DNA of 64,000 nucleotides from Bacilli bacterium (GCA_024408235.1 JAKSVF010000002.1:9789-73788); one strand, 5' to 3'. Shown: positions 45,801 through 55,220, counted from the first letter of the stretch. Translations and numbers: made by a program. Notes: generated from the letters alone by a model not told the origin.

Positions 45801-46185
45801 TATCGCCAAGTATCTAACTTCTGACTATAACTTGACCGACGTTACTTATAAAACTGATAAGTTCACGTTCAAATCTAGTTTCCCAACAGGGAAAGTGGTA
45901 ACGACGAATATCGGCTATGACGCAGGTTGGAAACTCGTCGCCAAAAACGTGGCAACGGGGGTCACATCGACTCCAAACGTATATCGCGCTAATGGAGGCG
46001 TTGTATCTTTTGTTGCTTCATCCGGTGAATATGAGTACACACTCAAATACACAACCCCATACTTGAAAGAAGGATTTGTGATATTCCTCGGAGGTTTCTC
46101 GATGCTCGCCGTGTATGAGGGAATCACCTTAGCCATAAAACACAAAAAGAAAACGAGACCGGAAGAAGAACCAGCCTCGCTCTAA
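42793..46185 (+). CDS. yfhO: YfhO-family polytopic membrane protein (putative glycosyltransferase)
   Basis: The 1130-aa product has about 13 N-terminal TM helices, a large extracytoplasmic domain and a C-terminal TM anchor. AGGGAGG lies 6 nt before the ATG. It overlaps the upstream gene by 37 nt. Confidence 0.7.
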   Translation: MAEAVQETKTSLSEYRKIKIKTSTRKWLETRFPFLFDINSLFYFGLFMFVVAFAWCGYTFFFNGAAAIYGWDYSSQYVSMSYTFWDNWHELFTTGHFPMYSTNTYLGTDNIGSNSYYGLFDPFLLWTFIFPRNWMPQLFVFASMAKGVFSAFALRAYLKYMGISEKSSRVGAAAFAFCGYINFMVGFPSFMSMACTVPLILLGIELVIKEQKPLCLVVSIFLLGIISFFFLIVLCVWGVLYAMWRYFWTIKSRDVAKNFAVIGMGVASFAAGIMMSAPILLPSLRETMLSGRTASGGMAYLGVLISSIKSFDIKTFFKYMFMPVGGNTGRELQGLFGFFYPTCNYLWLPLAKGTMNGGSYTYDSWTASLFCYTPITILMFCSLIRSVRKKQFQSLIVFALCSYLLLTNFAYYFFFCFSGDGYGRWYIVLVPSIIYLAAKELDEIKDTPRWELPMGSLLTLALTFMTWVLAVKLLKNKTISYIPVDGYSKNEYFIPAEVDWDGVKRTLLWLVYYQMGMVVVESLVIIFMSKKNILHQALFGFIALETAISGNLSFIYGYSSDVKWFNGGLPYVTTSTNTFKQLEKQEGGYYRMYSDSDFESNMGMALGYNNASTFHSLFNYDVADLTRYSYMTNNEYTRKDVYGQNIIGKSWSGYYNNKRFGFDTAMGYQYYAIENEGYYHYNDYRPNVPFGSEVVLKNDTWTIYKNPYASAMPLGHAVDNIYAENLVDEADVRNTSDWFHGFGSGGSATSELLRNEQVYLDGAIFEDDDITNVYNELKEKNPSADPIAVAPDRAIYSAGLSTALFKKKYIETSHSDGKYYGFFMHLSDDESYSPSAFLSDPAATDPSQIASSKLISAVNDSYDWSTPVLRSYGKVVLYPQSGYGNYFNISKNGSYFVIDFTGASYLDSELYGLCEAPRIYFVGDRYDDPDNPDLVTESDTILAYEYKSVRNWKNNHVNTSGGVFGFYPEGRVKYIVCCFKGDGNTRLGKFNLYYETRDRLEDSIAKYLTSDYNLTDVTYKTDKFTFKSSFPTGKVVTTNIGYDAGWKLVAKNVATGVTSTPNVYRANGGVVSFVASSGEYEYTLKYTTPYLKEGFVIFLGGFSMLAVYEGITLAIKHKKKTRPEEEPASL

Positions 46186-47037
46186 TTATTTGATACTCAG
46201 ATAAAGGTCGTAGACTCTATTCTTGGCTACGCCTTTTTCTTTTACTATCTTTGAGATAGCATCTTTCGACCTCATGTCTTTTGTGTATTCTTTTAATAAC
46301 TCAACGATTTCATCGTCCGACAGTTCTTTGCTCGATTGAGGGGCCTTGTCCACAATGATGACCATTTCACCTTTGAGTGTTTCCGGGTCAAGCTCGCATA
46401 AAGCGTTGAAATCGCCTCTTATGAACTCTTCGAACGCCTTTGTGAGTTCTCTTCCGATACACGCGCGTCTAGAGCCTCCAAAAGCCTCTTTCATCGATTT
46501 TAGTGTGGCATCTATTCTATGTGGTGCTTCATAGAAGATCATCGTGTCTTCTCTAACTTTGAGTTTTGAAAGTTCTTTTTCTCTCTCCGATGGTTTCGAT
46601 GGGAGAAAGCCGTAGAAGTAGAAGTGGTTGGTTGGAAGTCCCGAGCACACAAGCGCGCACAATGCAGCGTTGCTGCCGTTCACACAAGACACCTTGATGC
46701 CTTCCTCTATGCATCTAGCAACAAGTCTTTCTCCTGGGTCTGATATAGCTGGATATCCAGCATCAGACATATAGGCGATTTTCTTGCCTTCCTTTAATAA
46801 CGAAATTATTTTCGTAGAAGCCTCTTCCTCATTGTGCTCATGACACATGATGAATGGTTTCTTAATGTTGAATTTAGAGAGAAGGGAACCTGAATTTCTA
46901 GTATCCTCTGCAGCGACGAAATCGATGCCGTTAAGGACCTCGATTGCGCGTGGAGAAAACTCATCTAGATTACCGATTGGGGTTGAGATGAGATATAGAA
47001 GTGGGCTATTGCCTTTAAAATTGAGCTCTCTATCCAT
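46186..47037 (-). CDS. rsmI: 16S rRNA (cytidine1402-2'-O)-methyltransferase
   Basis: LYLISTPIGNLDEFSPRAIEVLNGIDFVAAEDTRNSGSLL is a typical RsmI N-terminus. Confidence 0.9.
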   Translation of the reverse strand: MDRELNFKGNSPLLYLISTPIGNLDEFSPRAIEVLNGIDFVAAEDTRNSGSLLSKFNIKKPFIMCHEHNEEEASTKIISLLKEGKKIAYMSDAGYPAISDPGERLVARCIEEGIKVSCVNGSNAALCALVCSGLPTNHFYFYGFLPSKPSEREKELSKLKVREDTMIFYEAPHRIDATLKSMKEAFGGSRRACIGRELTKAFEEFIRGDFNALCELDPETLKGEMVIIVDKAPQSSKELSDDEIVELLKEYTKDMRSKDAISKIVKEKGVAKNRVYDLYLSIK

Positions 47038-47039
47038 AA

Positions 47040-47885
47040 TTAATTACGTCTATCCCTTGCCGCTGGTTTAGAACTCTTCTTTTCGATTGCTTTATATTCG
47101 TTGAGCGGGATGAATTTTAAGTTATCCTGGCTAACTAGTTTGACGGTTCTTGATAAGATGTTATAGCCATCGACTTTATATTCTTCCCCATCAATCTTTA
47201 CGACCGCTCCAAATTTAGGGAAATCCTTCTTGGCTTCGGTATACATATCATCTTCAAAAAGTAGGCAGCAGATGAGTTTTCCGCAGTGACCCGAGAGCTT
47301 TGGAATATTTAGGGTTAACATTTGGTTCTTTGCTCTAGAGATGGAGATTCCGTCGAATTGGTTAAGGAATGTCGCACAGCAAAGTGGCAAACCGCAGATT
47401 CCTATTCCTCCGATCATTTTTGCCTTGTCTCTTGCGGCGATCTGGTGGAGTTCGATTCTGCATTTAAGCTGAGGTGCAAGAACCTTTAAAAGATCTCTAA
47501 AGTCCACTCTTCCCTCGCTTGTGTAGGTGATTGTGACTTTTGATCCATCAAGCGTGTAGAAAGCGTCGATGAGGTTCATGGATAAACCCAATTTCTCGAC
47601 TTCTTTTCTCGTGATTTCTAAAGCTTCTCCAGCCTCTTTTATTCCTAACTGATATGCAGCCATATCATCCTTGTTTGGGCGTCTGATGATAGGTTTTAAA
47701 GCGAGATTTGAAGTGTATTTTGACATATCCTGCAATTCGGTGCAGACTTTTCCAATCTCATAACCAGCGATAGTTTCAACAACTACGAGGTCATCAATCT
47801 TCAAATCATCTATTGTTGTCGAGAAATAATAGGATTTTATAGTGCCGGCGAATCTTATGCCGATGAAGTACTGTTTTTCTTCCAT
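47040..47885 (-). CDS. ricT: PSP1-domain protein YaaT/RicT
   Basis: The PSP1 C-terminal domain with a Cys cluster (GICGLPLCCATF, SGHCGKLICCL) is present. The gene sits downstream of holB, as in Bacillus. Confidence 0.85.
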   Translation of the reverse strand: MEEKQYFIGIRFAGTIKSYYFSTTIDDLKIDDLVVVETIAGYEIGKVCTELQDMSKYTSNLALKPIIRRPNKDDMAAYQLGIKEAGEALEITRKEVEKLGLSMNLIDAFYTLDGSKVTITYTSEGRVDFRDLLKVLAPQLKCRIELHQIAARDKAKMIGGIGICGLPLCCATFLNQFDGISISRAKNQMLTLNIPKLSGHCGKLICCLLFEDDMYTEAKKDFPKFGAVVKIDGEEYKVDGYNILSRTVKLVSQDNLKFIPLNEYKAIEKKSSKPAARDRRN

Positions 47886-47889
47886 ATGA

Positions 47890-48870
47890 CTACCTTCCTT
47901 TCGTTATGTAATTGGCCACATGCTCAAGAGCAAGGGCTGGGCTGATGTTTAAGTCTAACTGACTTCTTACTTTCATTATCTCAATGAGGGACTCTTCTAT
48001 GTGATTGAGCTTGCTTGACAGAGGTTTAATGAGTGTCGAGTACTCGCCTAGTTTTACTATCTGGTTTTCTTTATAGGCAACGATGTCTTTGAACGCTAAG
48101 GCAAGCATATCCAAGAAGTATTTTGCCTCTGATTTCTTGGACACTTTCGAGATGATGTCTTTTTCAAACGCATATAGAGCGTATGAAGAAGTTTCATTGA
48201 GTGACTCCAAAGCGATTTTAAACGATTCCTTTGCGTTTTGATATTCATCGCTTTCGACTTGTTCAAGTATTAGTTCTCCCGAGTTCACAAAGTAGGCTAA
48301 TAACTCCGCATCTTCTTTCGGGACGTTTAGCATTGCGGCCTCGTCGAGAACGGTTGAACGAGGTGCGAGTGTCATTCTAATGGTCTCGCATCTCGAAATG
48401 ATTGTCGGGAGGATCCTAGCCTCATTCTGAGTGGTTAGAATCGCATATGTGTTTTTTCCTGGTTCCTCAAGAAACTTAAGGAGTGAGTTTATGGATTCGA
48501 CGGTCATATTCTCAACTAGATGAATTACATAGATGAGAATTCCTTTCTCCTCAAGTGGGGTCTTGGAGAATCCGGCAACGACTTCTTGAACGTCATCTTT
48601 TTTAATGGACTCGTTAGAGCCATCAAGCATAAAGAAGTCTGAATAGGTTCCGTGCTCAATTCTTCTACAAAATCTGCATTCTTCATCCGCCAAAGGGTTG
48701 GGATTTGCACATAAAATTGACTTAGCGAGGAACAAAGCGGTCTCTTTGAGAGGGACTCCTGATTCGCCGCTCAATAAATACGCATGGTTGATCTTATCCA
48801 TCGCTAGAGCGTTGGAGAAGGTCCTCCAGAGTATTGGCTGTCTATTTTGTAGATATGTTGAAAACTTCAT
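47890..48870 (-). CDS. holB: DNA polymerase III delta' subunit
   Basis: INHAYLLSG is present, together with a Cys-rich module and the SRC motif (TIISRCE). A TAATG overlap joins it to tmk. Confidence 0.85.
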   Translation of the reverse strand: MKFSTYLQNRQPILWRTFSNALAMDKINHAYLLSGESGVPLKETALFLAKSILCANPNPLADEECRFCRRIEHGTYSDFFMLDGSNESIKKDDVQEVVAGFSKTPLEEKGILIYVIHLVENMTVESINSLLKFLEEPGKNTYAILTTQNEARILPTIISRCETIRMTLAPRSTVLDEAAMLNVPKEDAELLAYFVNSGELILEQVESDEYQNAKESFKIALESLNETSSYALYAFEKDIISKVSKKSEAKYFLDMLALAFKDIVAYKENQIVKLGEYSTLIKPLSSKLNHIEESLIEIMKVRSQLDLNISPALALEHVANYITKGR

Positions 48871-49490
48871 TATTTATTCAAAACTTTTTCGATTTCTTGG
48901 AACGCTGCATTAAAGACCTCATCTGGTCCTTTTGATGCATCGATTATTCTGAATCTCTTAGGGAACATTGCTGCGACCTTGTGGAAAGATTCACGAACTT
49001 TGTGATGGAACTCAAGCTTCTCAACGTCGAGTCTATTTACTTCTCTTCCCGCATTAGCCGCGATGCGTGCCAAGCCGAGTTCTGGCTCAATATCAAAGAG
49101 GAATGTGATATCTGGTTCGAATCCCTCTGTTGCATACAGGTTGACGTTGAGGATTTCCTCAATGCCGAGATTTCTTGCTCCGCCTTGATATGCTAAAGAC
49201 GAATCTAAGTATCTATCACATAAGACGACTTTGCCCTCTTTTATCGCAGGGAGAATTTTTTCTACGAGATGCTGTCTTCTTGAAGCCGCATACAAAAGAG
49301 CTTCCGTTCTCGGATCCATTGCTGTGTTCGCTTTATCCAAGATAACGTTTCTTATCTGCTCTCCGATTGGGGTTCCGCCAGGTTCTCTAGTCAAGATGAC
49401 TTCATATCCTCTTGATTCGAGTTCAGCGATTATTCTTTTGATGGCAGTGGTCTTTCCAGAACCCTCTCCGCCTTCGAATGTGATGAACAT
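48870..49490 (-). CDS. tmk: Thymidylate kinase
   Basis: The P-loop is FITFEGGEGSGKTT, and the DRYLDSSLAYQG motif is present. Confidence 0.95.
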   Translation of the reverse strand: MFITFEGGEGSGKTTAIKRIIAELESRGYEVILTREPGGTPIGEQIRNVILDKANTAMDPRTEALLYAASRRQHLVEKILPAIKEGKVVLCDRYLDSSLAYQGGARNLGIEEILNVNLYATEGFEPDITFLFDIEPELGLARIAANAGREVNRLDVEKLEFHHKVRESFHKVAAMFPKRFRIIDASKGPDEVFNAAFQEIEKVLNK

Positions 49491-49492
49491 AC

Positions 49493-50089
49493 TTAAATCT
49501 TCTTTCTTCCCTCAAACGCTTTAGCTAGCGTTAAGGAATCTGCGTAATCCAATGATGCGCCCATTGGTAAGCCGTAACCTAATCTTGTGACGGTTACATC
49601 TAGTCCTTCAAGCAACTTGGCGACGAACATCGCGGTTGTCTCTCCGTCTAATGTTGAGCTTGTTGCGAGGATTATTTCTTTAACTCCGCCGCTTTTAACC
49701 CTGTCTATCAAAGCGTCGATTGATAATGAATCTGCGCCTTTTCCTTTGGATATGGCGATGACTCCGCCTAGGACGTGATAGACTCCGTTGAAGGAATTCA
49801 TCTTCTCCATGGCGAGAACGTCTTTTGGGTCAGAAACGACACAGATTAAGGAGTGGTCTCTAGTCTCATCGCTGCAGATGTCGCATGTCTCGTCTTCGGT
49901 ATAAACTCCACAAATAGGACATTTATGGATGTTTTCCTTAACTTTTATCATCGCATCTGTGAATTCAGCGACATCCTCATCACACATGCCTAAAACAGCG
50001 TAGGCCATACGCTCTGCGCTCTTCACTCCAACGCCAGGGAGCTTGGAGAAAGAATTGGTTAATTTTGTGATTGAGGTGAGTTCTTTCAT
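49493..50089 (-). CDS. recR: Recombination protein RecR
   Basis: An HhH motif (LPGVGVKSAERMA), a C4 zinc finger (CPICGVYTEDETCDIC) and a Toprim domain are present. Confidence 0.95.
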   Translation of the reverse strand: MKELTSITKLTNSFSKLPGVGVKSAERMAYAVLGMCDEDVAEFTDAMIKVKENIHKCPICGVYTEDETCDICSDETRDHSLICVVSDPKDVLAMEKMNSFNGVYHVLGGVIAISKGKGADSLSIDALIDRVKSGGVKEIILATSSTLDGETTAMFVAKLLEGLDVTVTRLGYGLPMGASLDYADSLTLAKAFEGRKKI

Positions 50090-50388
50090 TAGAAGCCCTT
50101 TGTCTGACCTGTGATTCTCTCATCAACAGCGTCATGTGCGGCCTTGATTTCAGCAAGCGCCTCATTGACCGCCATCATGATTGTCTCTTCGATCATGTCC
50201 TTATCGTCTGGGTTCAAAGCTGCCTCATCGATATTGATTGAGACGATTTCTCTAGTTCCCTTTACTTCGACTTCGACGATTCCGGCCTTCTTAACTGTGA
50301 AGACTTCTGCGTCGACTTGTGCGTGTGCTTTTGCAAGCTCGCGCTGCATGCGCTGTGCCTGCTGCATCATTTGCTGCATTGGATTCAT
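50089..50388 (-). CDS. ybaB: Nucleoid-associated protein YbaB/EbfC
   Basis: The 99-aa product has MQQAQRMQRELAKA...VEVEVKG. It sits in the conserved dnaX-ybaB-recR order. Confidence 0.9.
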   Translation of the reverse strand: MNPMQQMMQQAQRMQRELAKAHAQVDAEVFTVKKAGIVEVEVKGTREIVSINIDEAALNPDDKDMIEETIMMAVNEALAEIKAAHDAVDERITGQTKGF

Positions 50389-50399
50389 GTTTGTAACTC

Positions 50400-52118
50400 C
50401 TATTTAATAAAATCTAATGTGATATCTTTTTTGTCTGGTAATAAACCGATTTGCTGCTTGCTCATGAAATCTCTTATGATTCCGTTCTTCTCATTTGGGT
50501 CAATCGCATAGATGAACACCCTTCTTCCGAGCAATGTCTCAACCATATCCTGCATTGGCTTCTGATTTGCGATGATATTCGCTTTTTTGCTGAGTTTTGA
50601 GAAGTTATACGCAAGGATTAAGCATTCCTGGCATAAGCAGAACGGATGTCCTTCTGACAGGAGAGTGGCAAGGTTTCCTAAATTTGGATCGTCTTTTAGC
50701 GAATTGAGTCTTTCCCAATTCTTGACGAGCTCAACTCTCTCGTTTTTATTGGCGAGGACCATCACCTTGATGACGTCTTCAGCGGATAGCTGTGTCATCT
50801 CGCCTTCAGTTGCTATAGCTGGAGTGCCAACTCTAGATGTATCAATTGGAGCAGGTGCTGGTTTTTCTTCAACCACTGGTTCCTGGACAACCGGCTTCAC
50901 TTCTTCAACGATGACCGGCTCAGGTTTTTTAACTTCAACCGCCGGCTCGGATTCTTTAACTTCAACTACCGGCTCAGGTTCTTCGATGACTGGGGCAGGA
51001 GCAGCTTTCTTAGGTGTCGGTTTTTCCTCGATCTCGTCATGCACATTGGAGGAAGCCATTCTCAAGAGTGATAACTCAAAGAGAGATCTCACGTCATTGA
51101 TGTTCTTTAAATTGTTCTGCGCTTCGATGAGTGAGGAGACCATCGTGTTGCATAGGCTTGGCCTGATGCTCGCCTCTAAATCCTTAGCCTCTTCTTCGTC
51201 TATATCTTCGAGTAAATCAGCAAGCTTGGTTCTTTCATAGATGAGGAGGTCTTTTAGGATGCCAATCAACTCTCTTAACAGTCTTCTAACATCTATGCCC
51301 GCTGTTAAATATGTCTCACTCTTGGATACTACCGTTTTGACGTCGCCTTCAGCGATAGCTTTAAGTAGTGAAATCTTTTCATCAACACTAGTTAAGCCAT
51401 AGATTGTCAAGACGTCATCGTTTGTGATTGTGTTTCCGCTATAAGCGAGAATCTGGTCGATGATGGAATATGCATCACGCATGCCTCCATCGGCAAGAGA
51501 TACGACGGTCTTTAATCCTTCGTTATCGTATGAAGCGCCTTCTGTTGCCAAGACTTCCATCAACTTCTCTTTCATCTCTAAATCGCTGATTCGAGAGAAA
51601 TCGAATCTCTGGCATCTTGAGAGAATGGTTGGGAGAACTTTGTGAGGTTCTGTTGTGCAGAGAATGAAGATGACGTTTTCCGGTGGTTCTTCCAGCGTCT
51701 TTAACAAGGCGTTAAATGCGCCTGTTGACATCATGTGGACTTCGTCGATGATGTAGACTTTGTATTTTCCTCTCAGAGGAGCGTATCTGACTTTTTCAAT
51801 CAGCTCTCTGACCTGATCAACACCGTTATTTGAAGCCGCGTCGATTTCAACGATGTCAGGGTGGGTGCCTTCGGTGATAGATGTGCAGTTTATGCACTCA
51901 TTGCATTGGCAGCCAAGTCCCTGCTCGCAGTTGAGGGCTTTTGCAAAAAGTCTAGCCATTGAAGTCTTGCCAGTTCCTCTAGGTCCAGCGAATAGATAAG
52001 CGTGTCCAATCTTGTCCTTGCTTATTGCGTTTTTGAGTGTTCTGACGATGGCTTTTTGGCCTGCGACCTCTTCGAATCTTTGAGGTCTATAAGTTAGATA
52101 AAGTGCTTTGTATGACAT
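50400..52118 (-). CDS. dnaX: DNA polymerase III subunit tau/gamma
   Basis: Walker A is GPRGTGKTS. A zinc module (CEQGLGCQCNECINC) and the SRC motif (TILSRCQRF) are present. A Pro/Glu/Val-rich linker carries tandem repeats. Confidence 0.95.
   Translation of the reverse strand: MSYKALYLTYRPQRFEEVAGQKAIVRTLKNAISKDKIGHAYLFAGPRGTGKTSMARLFAKALNCEQGLGCQCNECINCTSITEGTHPDIVEIDAASNNGVDQVRELIEKVRYAPLRGKYKVYIIDEVHMMSTGAFNALLKTLEEPPENVIFILCTTEPHKVLPTILSRCQRFDFSRISDLEMKEKLMEVLATEGASYDNEGLKTVVSLADGGMRDAYSIIDQILAYSGNTITNDDVLTIYGLTSVDEKISLLKAIAEGDVKTVVSKSETYLTAGIDVRRLLRELIGILKDLLIYERTKLADLLEDIDEEEAKDLEASIRPSLCNTMVSSLIEAQNNLKNINDVRSLFELSLLRMASSNVHDEIEEKPTPKKAAPAPVIEEPEPVVEVKESEPAVEVKKPEPVIVEEVKPVVQEPVVEEKPAPAPIDTSRVGTPAIATEGEMTQLSAEDVIKVMVLANKNERVELVKNWERLNSLKDDPNLGNLATLLSEGHPFCLCQECLILAYNFSKLSKKANIIANQKPMQDMVETLLGRRVFIYAIDPNEKNGIIRDFMSKQQIGLLPDKKDITLDFIK
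50914..50990 (-). repeat. 27-nt tandem repeat (about 2.8 copies) in the dnaX linker
   Basis: ACCGGCTCAGGTTTTTTAACTTCAACC / GCCGGCTCGGATTCTTTAACTTCAACT / ACCGGCTCAGGTTCTTCGATGAC. These encode EPEPVVEVK-type 9-aa units. Confidence 0.75.
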
Positions 52119-52232
52119 ATTTCGAGATGATTATACTCAAAAATCCATCTTCTCACTAGTGAGAATACTTATCATTGTGTTTAGACTATCCAACTACATC
52201 GTGATATAATCGCCACGCCGGAGGAGATTTTT

Positions 52233-53312
52233 ATGGAAGAAAGCATGCGCAAAAGGCTTGAGGCCACCAAAATTAGATGTGAGGAAATAGATGCCGAATT
52301 GGCCTCACCTGACATCTCAAATGATATTCAGAAATTAACATCACTTTCTAAAGAAAGAGCAGGCTTAGACACTCCTTATCAGAAATTTTTACGCTATTTG
52401 AAAATCGAGTCAGATTTAAAAGAGCTCATCGAGACATTAGGCATTGCTGATGAAGAAATGGCAGAAATGCTTAAGGAAGAGAGAAAGACAATTGAAGCTG
52501 AGATGGCAAATCTTGAGGAAACTCTCAAGGTTGATTTAATCCCAGTTGATCCTAACGACAGCAAGAACATCATTGTTGAAATAAGAGGCGCAGTCGGCGG
52601 AGATGAGGCAAACATCTTTGCGGGTGACCTCTTAAGAATGTATGCACGTTATGCTGAAGAGCAGGGCTGGAAACTTCAGTTCCTTGATGGGGTTGAAGGT
52701 TCTTCAGGCGGCTACTCATACGTGTCATTCATGGTTAAGGGTGAAAACGTCTATTCAAAACTCAAATTCGAGTCAGGCGCTCACCGTGTCCAGAGAGTCC
52801 CAAAGACTGAATCGCAAGGACGTGTTCACACGTCATGTGCAACAGTTCTCGTTATGCCAGAAGCAGAAGAAGTTGATATCGAAATCAACCCAACAGACTT
52901 GAAGATTGATACATACCGTTCCCAGGGTGCTGGCGGTCAGAACGTCAACAAGACCGAGTCGGCCGTTCGTATCACTCACATTCCAACAGGACTTGTCGTA
53001 TCTTGTCAGACCGAGAAAGCGCAGCTCCAGAACAAGGAAATCTGTATGAGAATGATCCGTGCAAAAGTTCACGATTTCTATCAGGCTCAGCAGGATAATG
53101 AGAGAGCTAACGAAAGAAAACTTAAAGTTGGAACAGGTGAAAGATCCGAAAAGATCAGAACCTACAACTATCCGCAAAACCGCGTAACTGATCACCGTAT
53201 CGGATTCACAGTTAACCAGCTTGACAGAATCATGGAAGGTGAACTCGACTCAGTCATCGACGCCCTAGTCCACTATGACCAGGAGATGAAGATGCTCGAG
53301 GAGGCAAAATAA
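52233..53312 (+). CDS. prfA: Peptide chain release factor 1
   Basis: The GGQ motif (SQGAGGQNVNKTESAVRITHIPTG) and the PxT-type decoding region are present. A GGAGGAG RBS lies upstream. Confidence 0.95.
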   Translation: MEESMRKRLEATKIRCEEIDAELASPDISNDIQKLTSLSKERAGLDTPYQKFLRYLKIESDLKELIETLGIADEEMAEMLKEERKTIEAEMANLEETLKVDLIPVDPNDSKNIIVEIRGAVGGDEANIFAGDLLRMYARYAEEQGWKLQFLDGVEGSSGGYSYVSFMVKGENVYSKLKFESGAHRVQRVPKTESQGRVHTSCATVLVMPEAEEVDIEINPTDLKIDTYRSQGAGGQNVNKTESAVRITHIPTGLVVSCQTEKAQLQNKEICMRMIRAKVHDFYQAQQDNERANERKLKVGTGERSEKIRTYNYPQNRVTDHRIGFTVNQLDRIMEGELDSVIDALVHYDQEMKMLEEAK

Positions 53313-54158
53313 GTGCCAACCATCGACGAAGCTCTCAAATCCGCTTACGCCGAATGTAAGCCATTTGATATTCTCGCAAGGGATTTGCGAGTTTTAATCA
53401 TGGCCAACGAAGGATTCCACGACCAGATCGACGTCATTTTCTATAAAGATAAGGAAATGAAAAAATACGATTTATTCCGTTCCCAGGTTGAGCGTTTGAA
53501 GAATAATGAGCCAGTTGAATATGTCATTGGAGAAGCGGAATTCCTTCAGCATAGGTTATACGTTGATAATAGAGTCCTCATCCCTCGCGGGGAGACTGAG
53601 GAATTAGTCTCTTTAATCAGCGAGAGGATCTCAAATTATTTTGAGCCCCGCCAGTATCTTGTTGCCGCTGACATTGGAACGGGCAGTGGATGCATAACAA
53701 TCGCTTTGAAGGAATCATTCAAGAACTGGATGATTTACCCAACTGACATATCCCCTGATTCGATGGAAGTCGCAAAGATAAACTTCGCGAAAGAAGGAAC
53801 TAGATGCGAGCCGTTAATCGGCGATGCTCTTGAACCGTTTATCGAGAAAAAGATGAATCTCGATATCATTGTGTCCAATCCGCCTTATATCCTCAATGAA
53901 GAAGATGCGCAGGACTCAGTTAAGGACTTCGAGCCTGCTAGAGCGCTTTGGATGAATAAAGAGAAAAATGTATACAAGTCGATATTTGAGAATTACAGAA
54001 AAGTTAAGAAGGGCTGCCTTTTCATGGCTTTTGAAATTTCACCCGATATCGTCGATTATTTAACTGATTTAATGAAGAAAAACCTCAGCGATTATGAGTA
54101 TGAATTCGTTAATGATCTTAACGAATTAACAAGATTCTTAATCGTCTTCTGCAAATAA
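53313..54158 (+). CDS. prmC: Release factor glutamine N5-methyltransferase
   Basis: GTG start directly after the prfA stop. The SAM motif is DIGTGSGCI and the catalytic motif is VSNPPY. Confidence 0.9.
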   Translation: MPTIDEALKSAYAECKPFDILARDLRVLIMANEGFHDQIDVIFYKDKEMKKYDLFRSQVERLKNNEPVEYVIGEAEFLQHRLYVDNRVLIPRGETEELVSLISERISNYFEPRQYLVAADIGTGSGCITIALKESFKNWMIYPTDISPDSMEVAKINFAKEGTRCEPLIGDALEPFIEKKMNLDIIVSNPPYILNEEDAQDSVKDFEPARALWMNKEKNVYKSIFENYRKVKKGCLFMAFEISPDIVDYLTDLMKKNLSDYEYEFVNDLNELTRFLIVFCK

Positions 54159-54162
54159 AAAA

Positions 54163-54774
54163 ATGGCTATTTTACAAGAAAAAGATATTAAAAACGCTGC
54201 AAAAGTTCTCCAAAACGGAGATGTTTTGGCATTTCCAACAGAAACCGTGTATGGCGTTGGAGTAATTTACGACAGTGAAGAGGCGTTCAACAAACTCGTC
54301 GCGTTAAAGAAGAGACCTCCTAATAAGCCGTTTGCCTTAATGTGCTCATCGGTTGAAGAAGCAAGCAACTACATTGTTGTAGACGAGAAGACGAAAAGAC
54401 TCATGTCTCACTTCCTGCCTGGAGAAATCACGTTCCTTGTCAAATCAAGGAGCGATTTACCTACTTGGGTAACACTAGGAACAGACACAATCGGAATTAG
54501 AGTTCCCGCTTCAGATTTTTGCGTGAACTTATTTAAGGAAGTAGGTAAGCCGTGTTTAGTCACGTCTGCGAATATGTCTGGAGAACCTACCCTTAGATAT
54601 TTTGAAGAGGTCAAAGCTCAATTCGATGGCCAGGTTGGAGCCATAGTTCAAGGTGAATGCACATCTTTAACACCAACAACTATTGTCTTAATTTTAGATA
54701 GTGGTATAAAACTTGTGAGAGAAGGACCAGTTCCTTTTGAACAAATAGAACATTATTGGAAGGAGAGTTGCTAA
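54163..54774 (+). CDS. tsaC: L-threonylcarbamoyladenylate synthase (YrdC-domain only, TsaC type)
   Basis: The YrdC/Sua5 motifs are AFPTETVYGVG, KKRPPNKPFALM, IGIRVP and TSANMSGEP. Confidence 0.85.
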   Translation: MAILQEKDIKNAAKVLQNGDVLAFPTETVYGVGVIYDSEEAFNKLVALKKRPPNKPFALMCSSVEEASNYIVVDEKTKRLMSHFLPGEITFLVKSRSDLPTWVTLGTDTIGIRVPASDFCVNLFKEVGKPCLVTSANMSGEPTLRYFEEVKAQFDGQVGAIVQGECTSLTPTTIVLILDSGIKLVREGPVPFEQIEHYWKESC

Positions 54775-55199
54775 TGAAAGTTGCAATTGGAAGCGATCAC
54801 GCTGGATTTAACTTAAAAGAGGCTATCAAAAACGATCTCATCGCAAGAGGATACGATGTTGTCGATGTCGGAACACATTCCCCAGAAAGAGCGGATTACC
54901 CAGTCTACGCAAAGGCGTGCGCTCAGGAAATCCTGAACGGTAATTGTGAATTCGGAATCCTTTGTTGCGGAACAGGAGAAGGCATCTCCATCACCGCAAA
55001 CAAGATCAAGGGCATCAGATGTGGAATCGGATATGATGATGAAGTATCCGCTTTGACACGTAAGCACAACAACGCAAACATGATTGCTTTCGGCGAAAGA
55101 TTCATGAAGCCAGAGGACGCAATCAGAAGAGCAAACATCTTCCTTACAACCGATTTTGAAGGCGGAAGACACGCTGACAGAGTCGGAATGATGGAATAG
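54774..55199 (+). CDS. rpiB: Ribose-5-phosphate isomerase B
   Basis: I prefer the ATG at 54774 (TAATG overlap, GGAGGAG RBS). The motifs are MKVAIGSDHAGF and CCGTGEGISITANK. Confidence 0.9.
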   Translation: MKVAIGSDHAGFNLKEAIKNDLIARGYDVVDVGTHSPERADYPVYAKACAQEILNGNCEFGILCCGTGEGISITANKIKGIRCGIGYDDEVSALTRKHNNANMIAFGERFMKPEDAIRRANIFLTTDFEGGRHADRVGMME

Positions 55200-55220
55200 T
55201 CGCACTTTTTCAAAATTTTA

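Noticed and set aside
52119-52232. I looked for an SRP RNA (ffs/scRNA) upstream of dnaX, as in Bacillus, or any structured RNA in the dnaX-prfA divergent region.
   Set aside because: The region is only 114 nt, and I saw no SRP domain-IV-like GGAA/AGCA hairpin. It looks like two back-to-back promoters.
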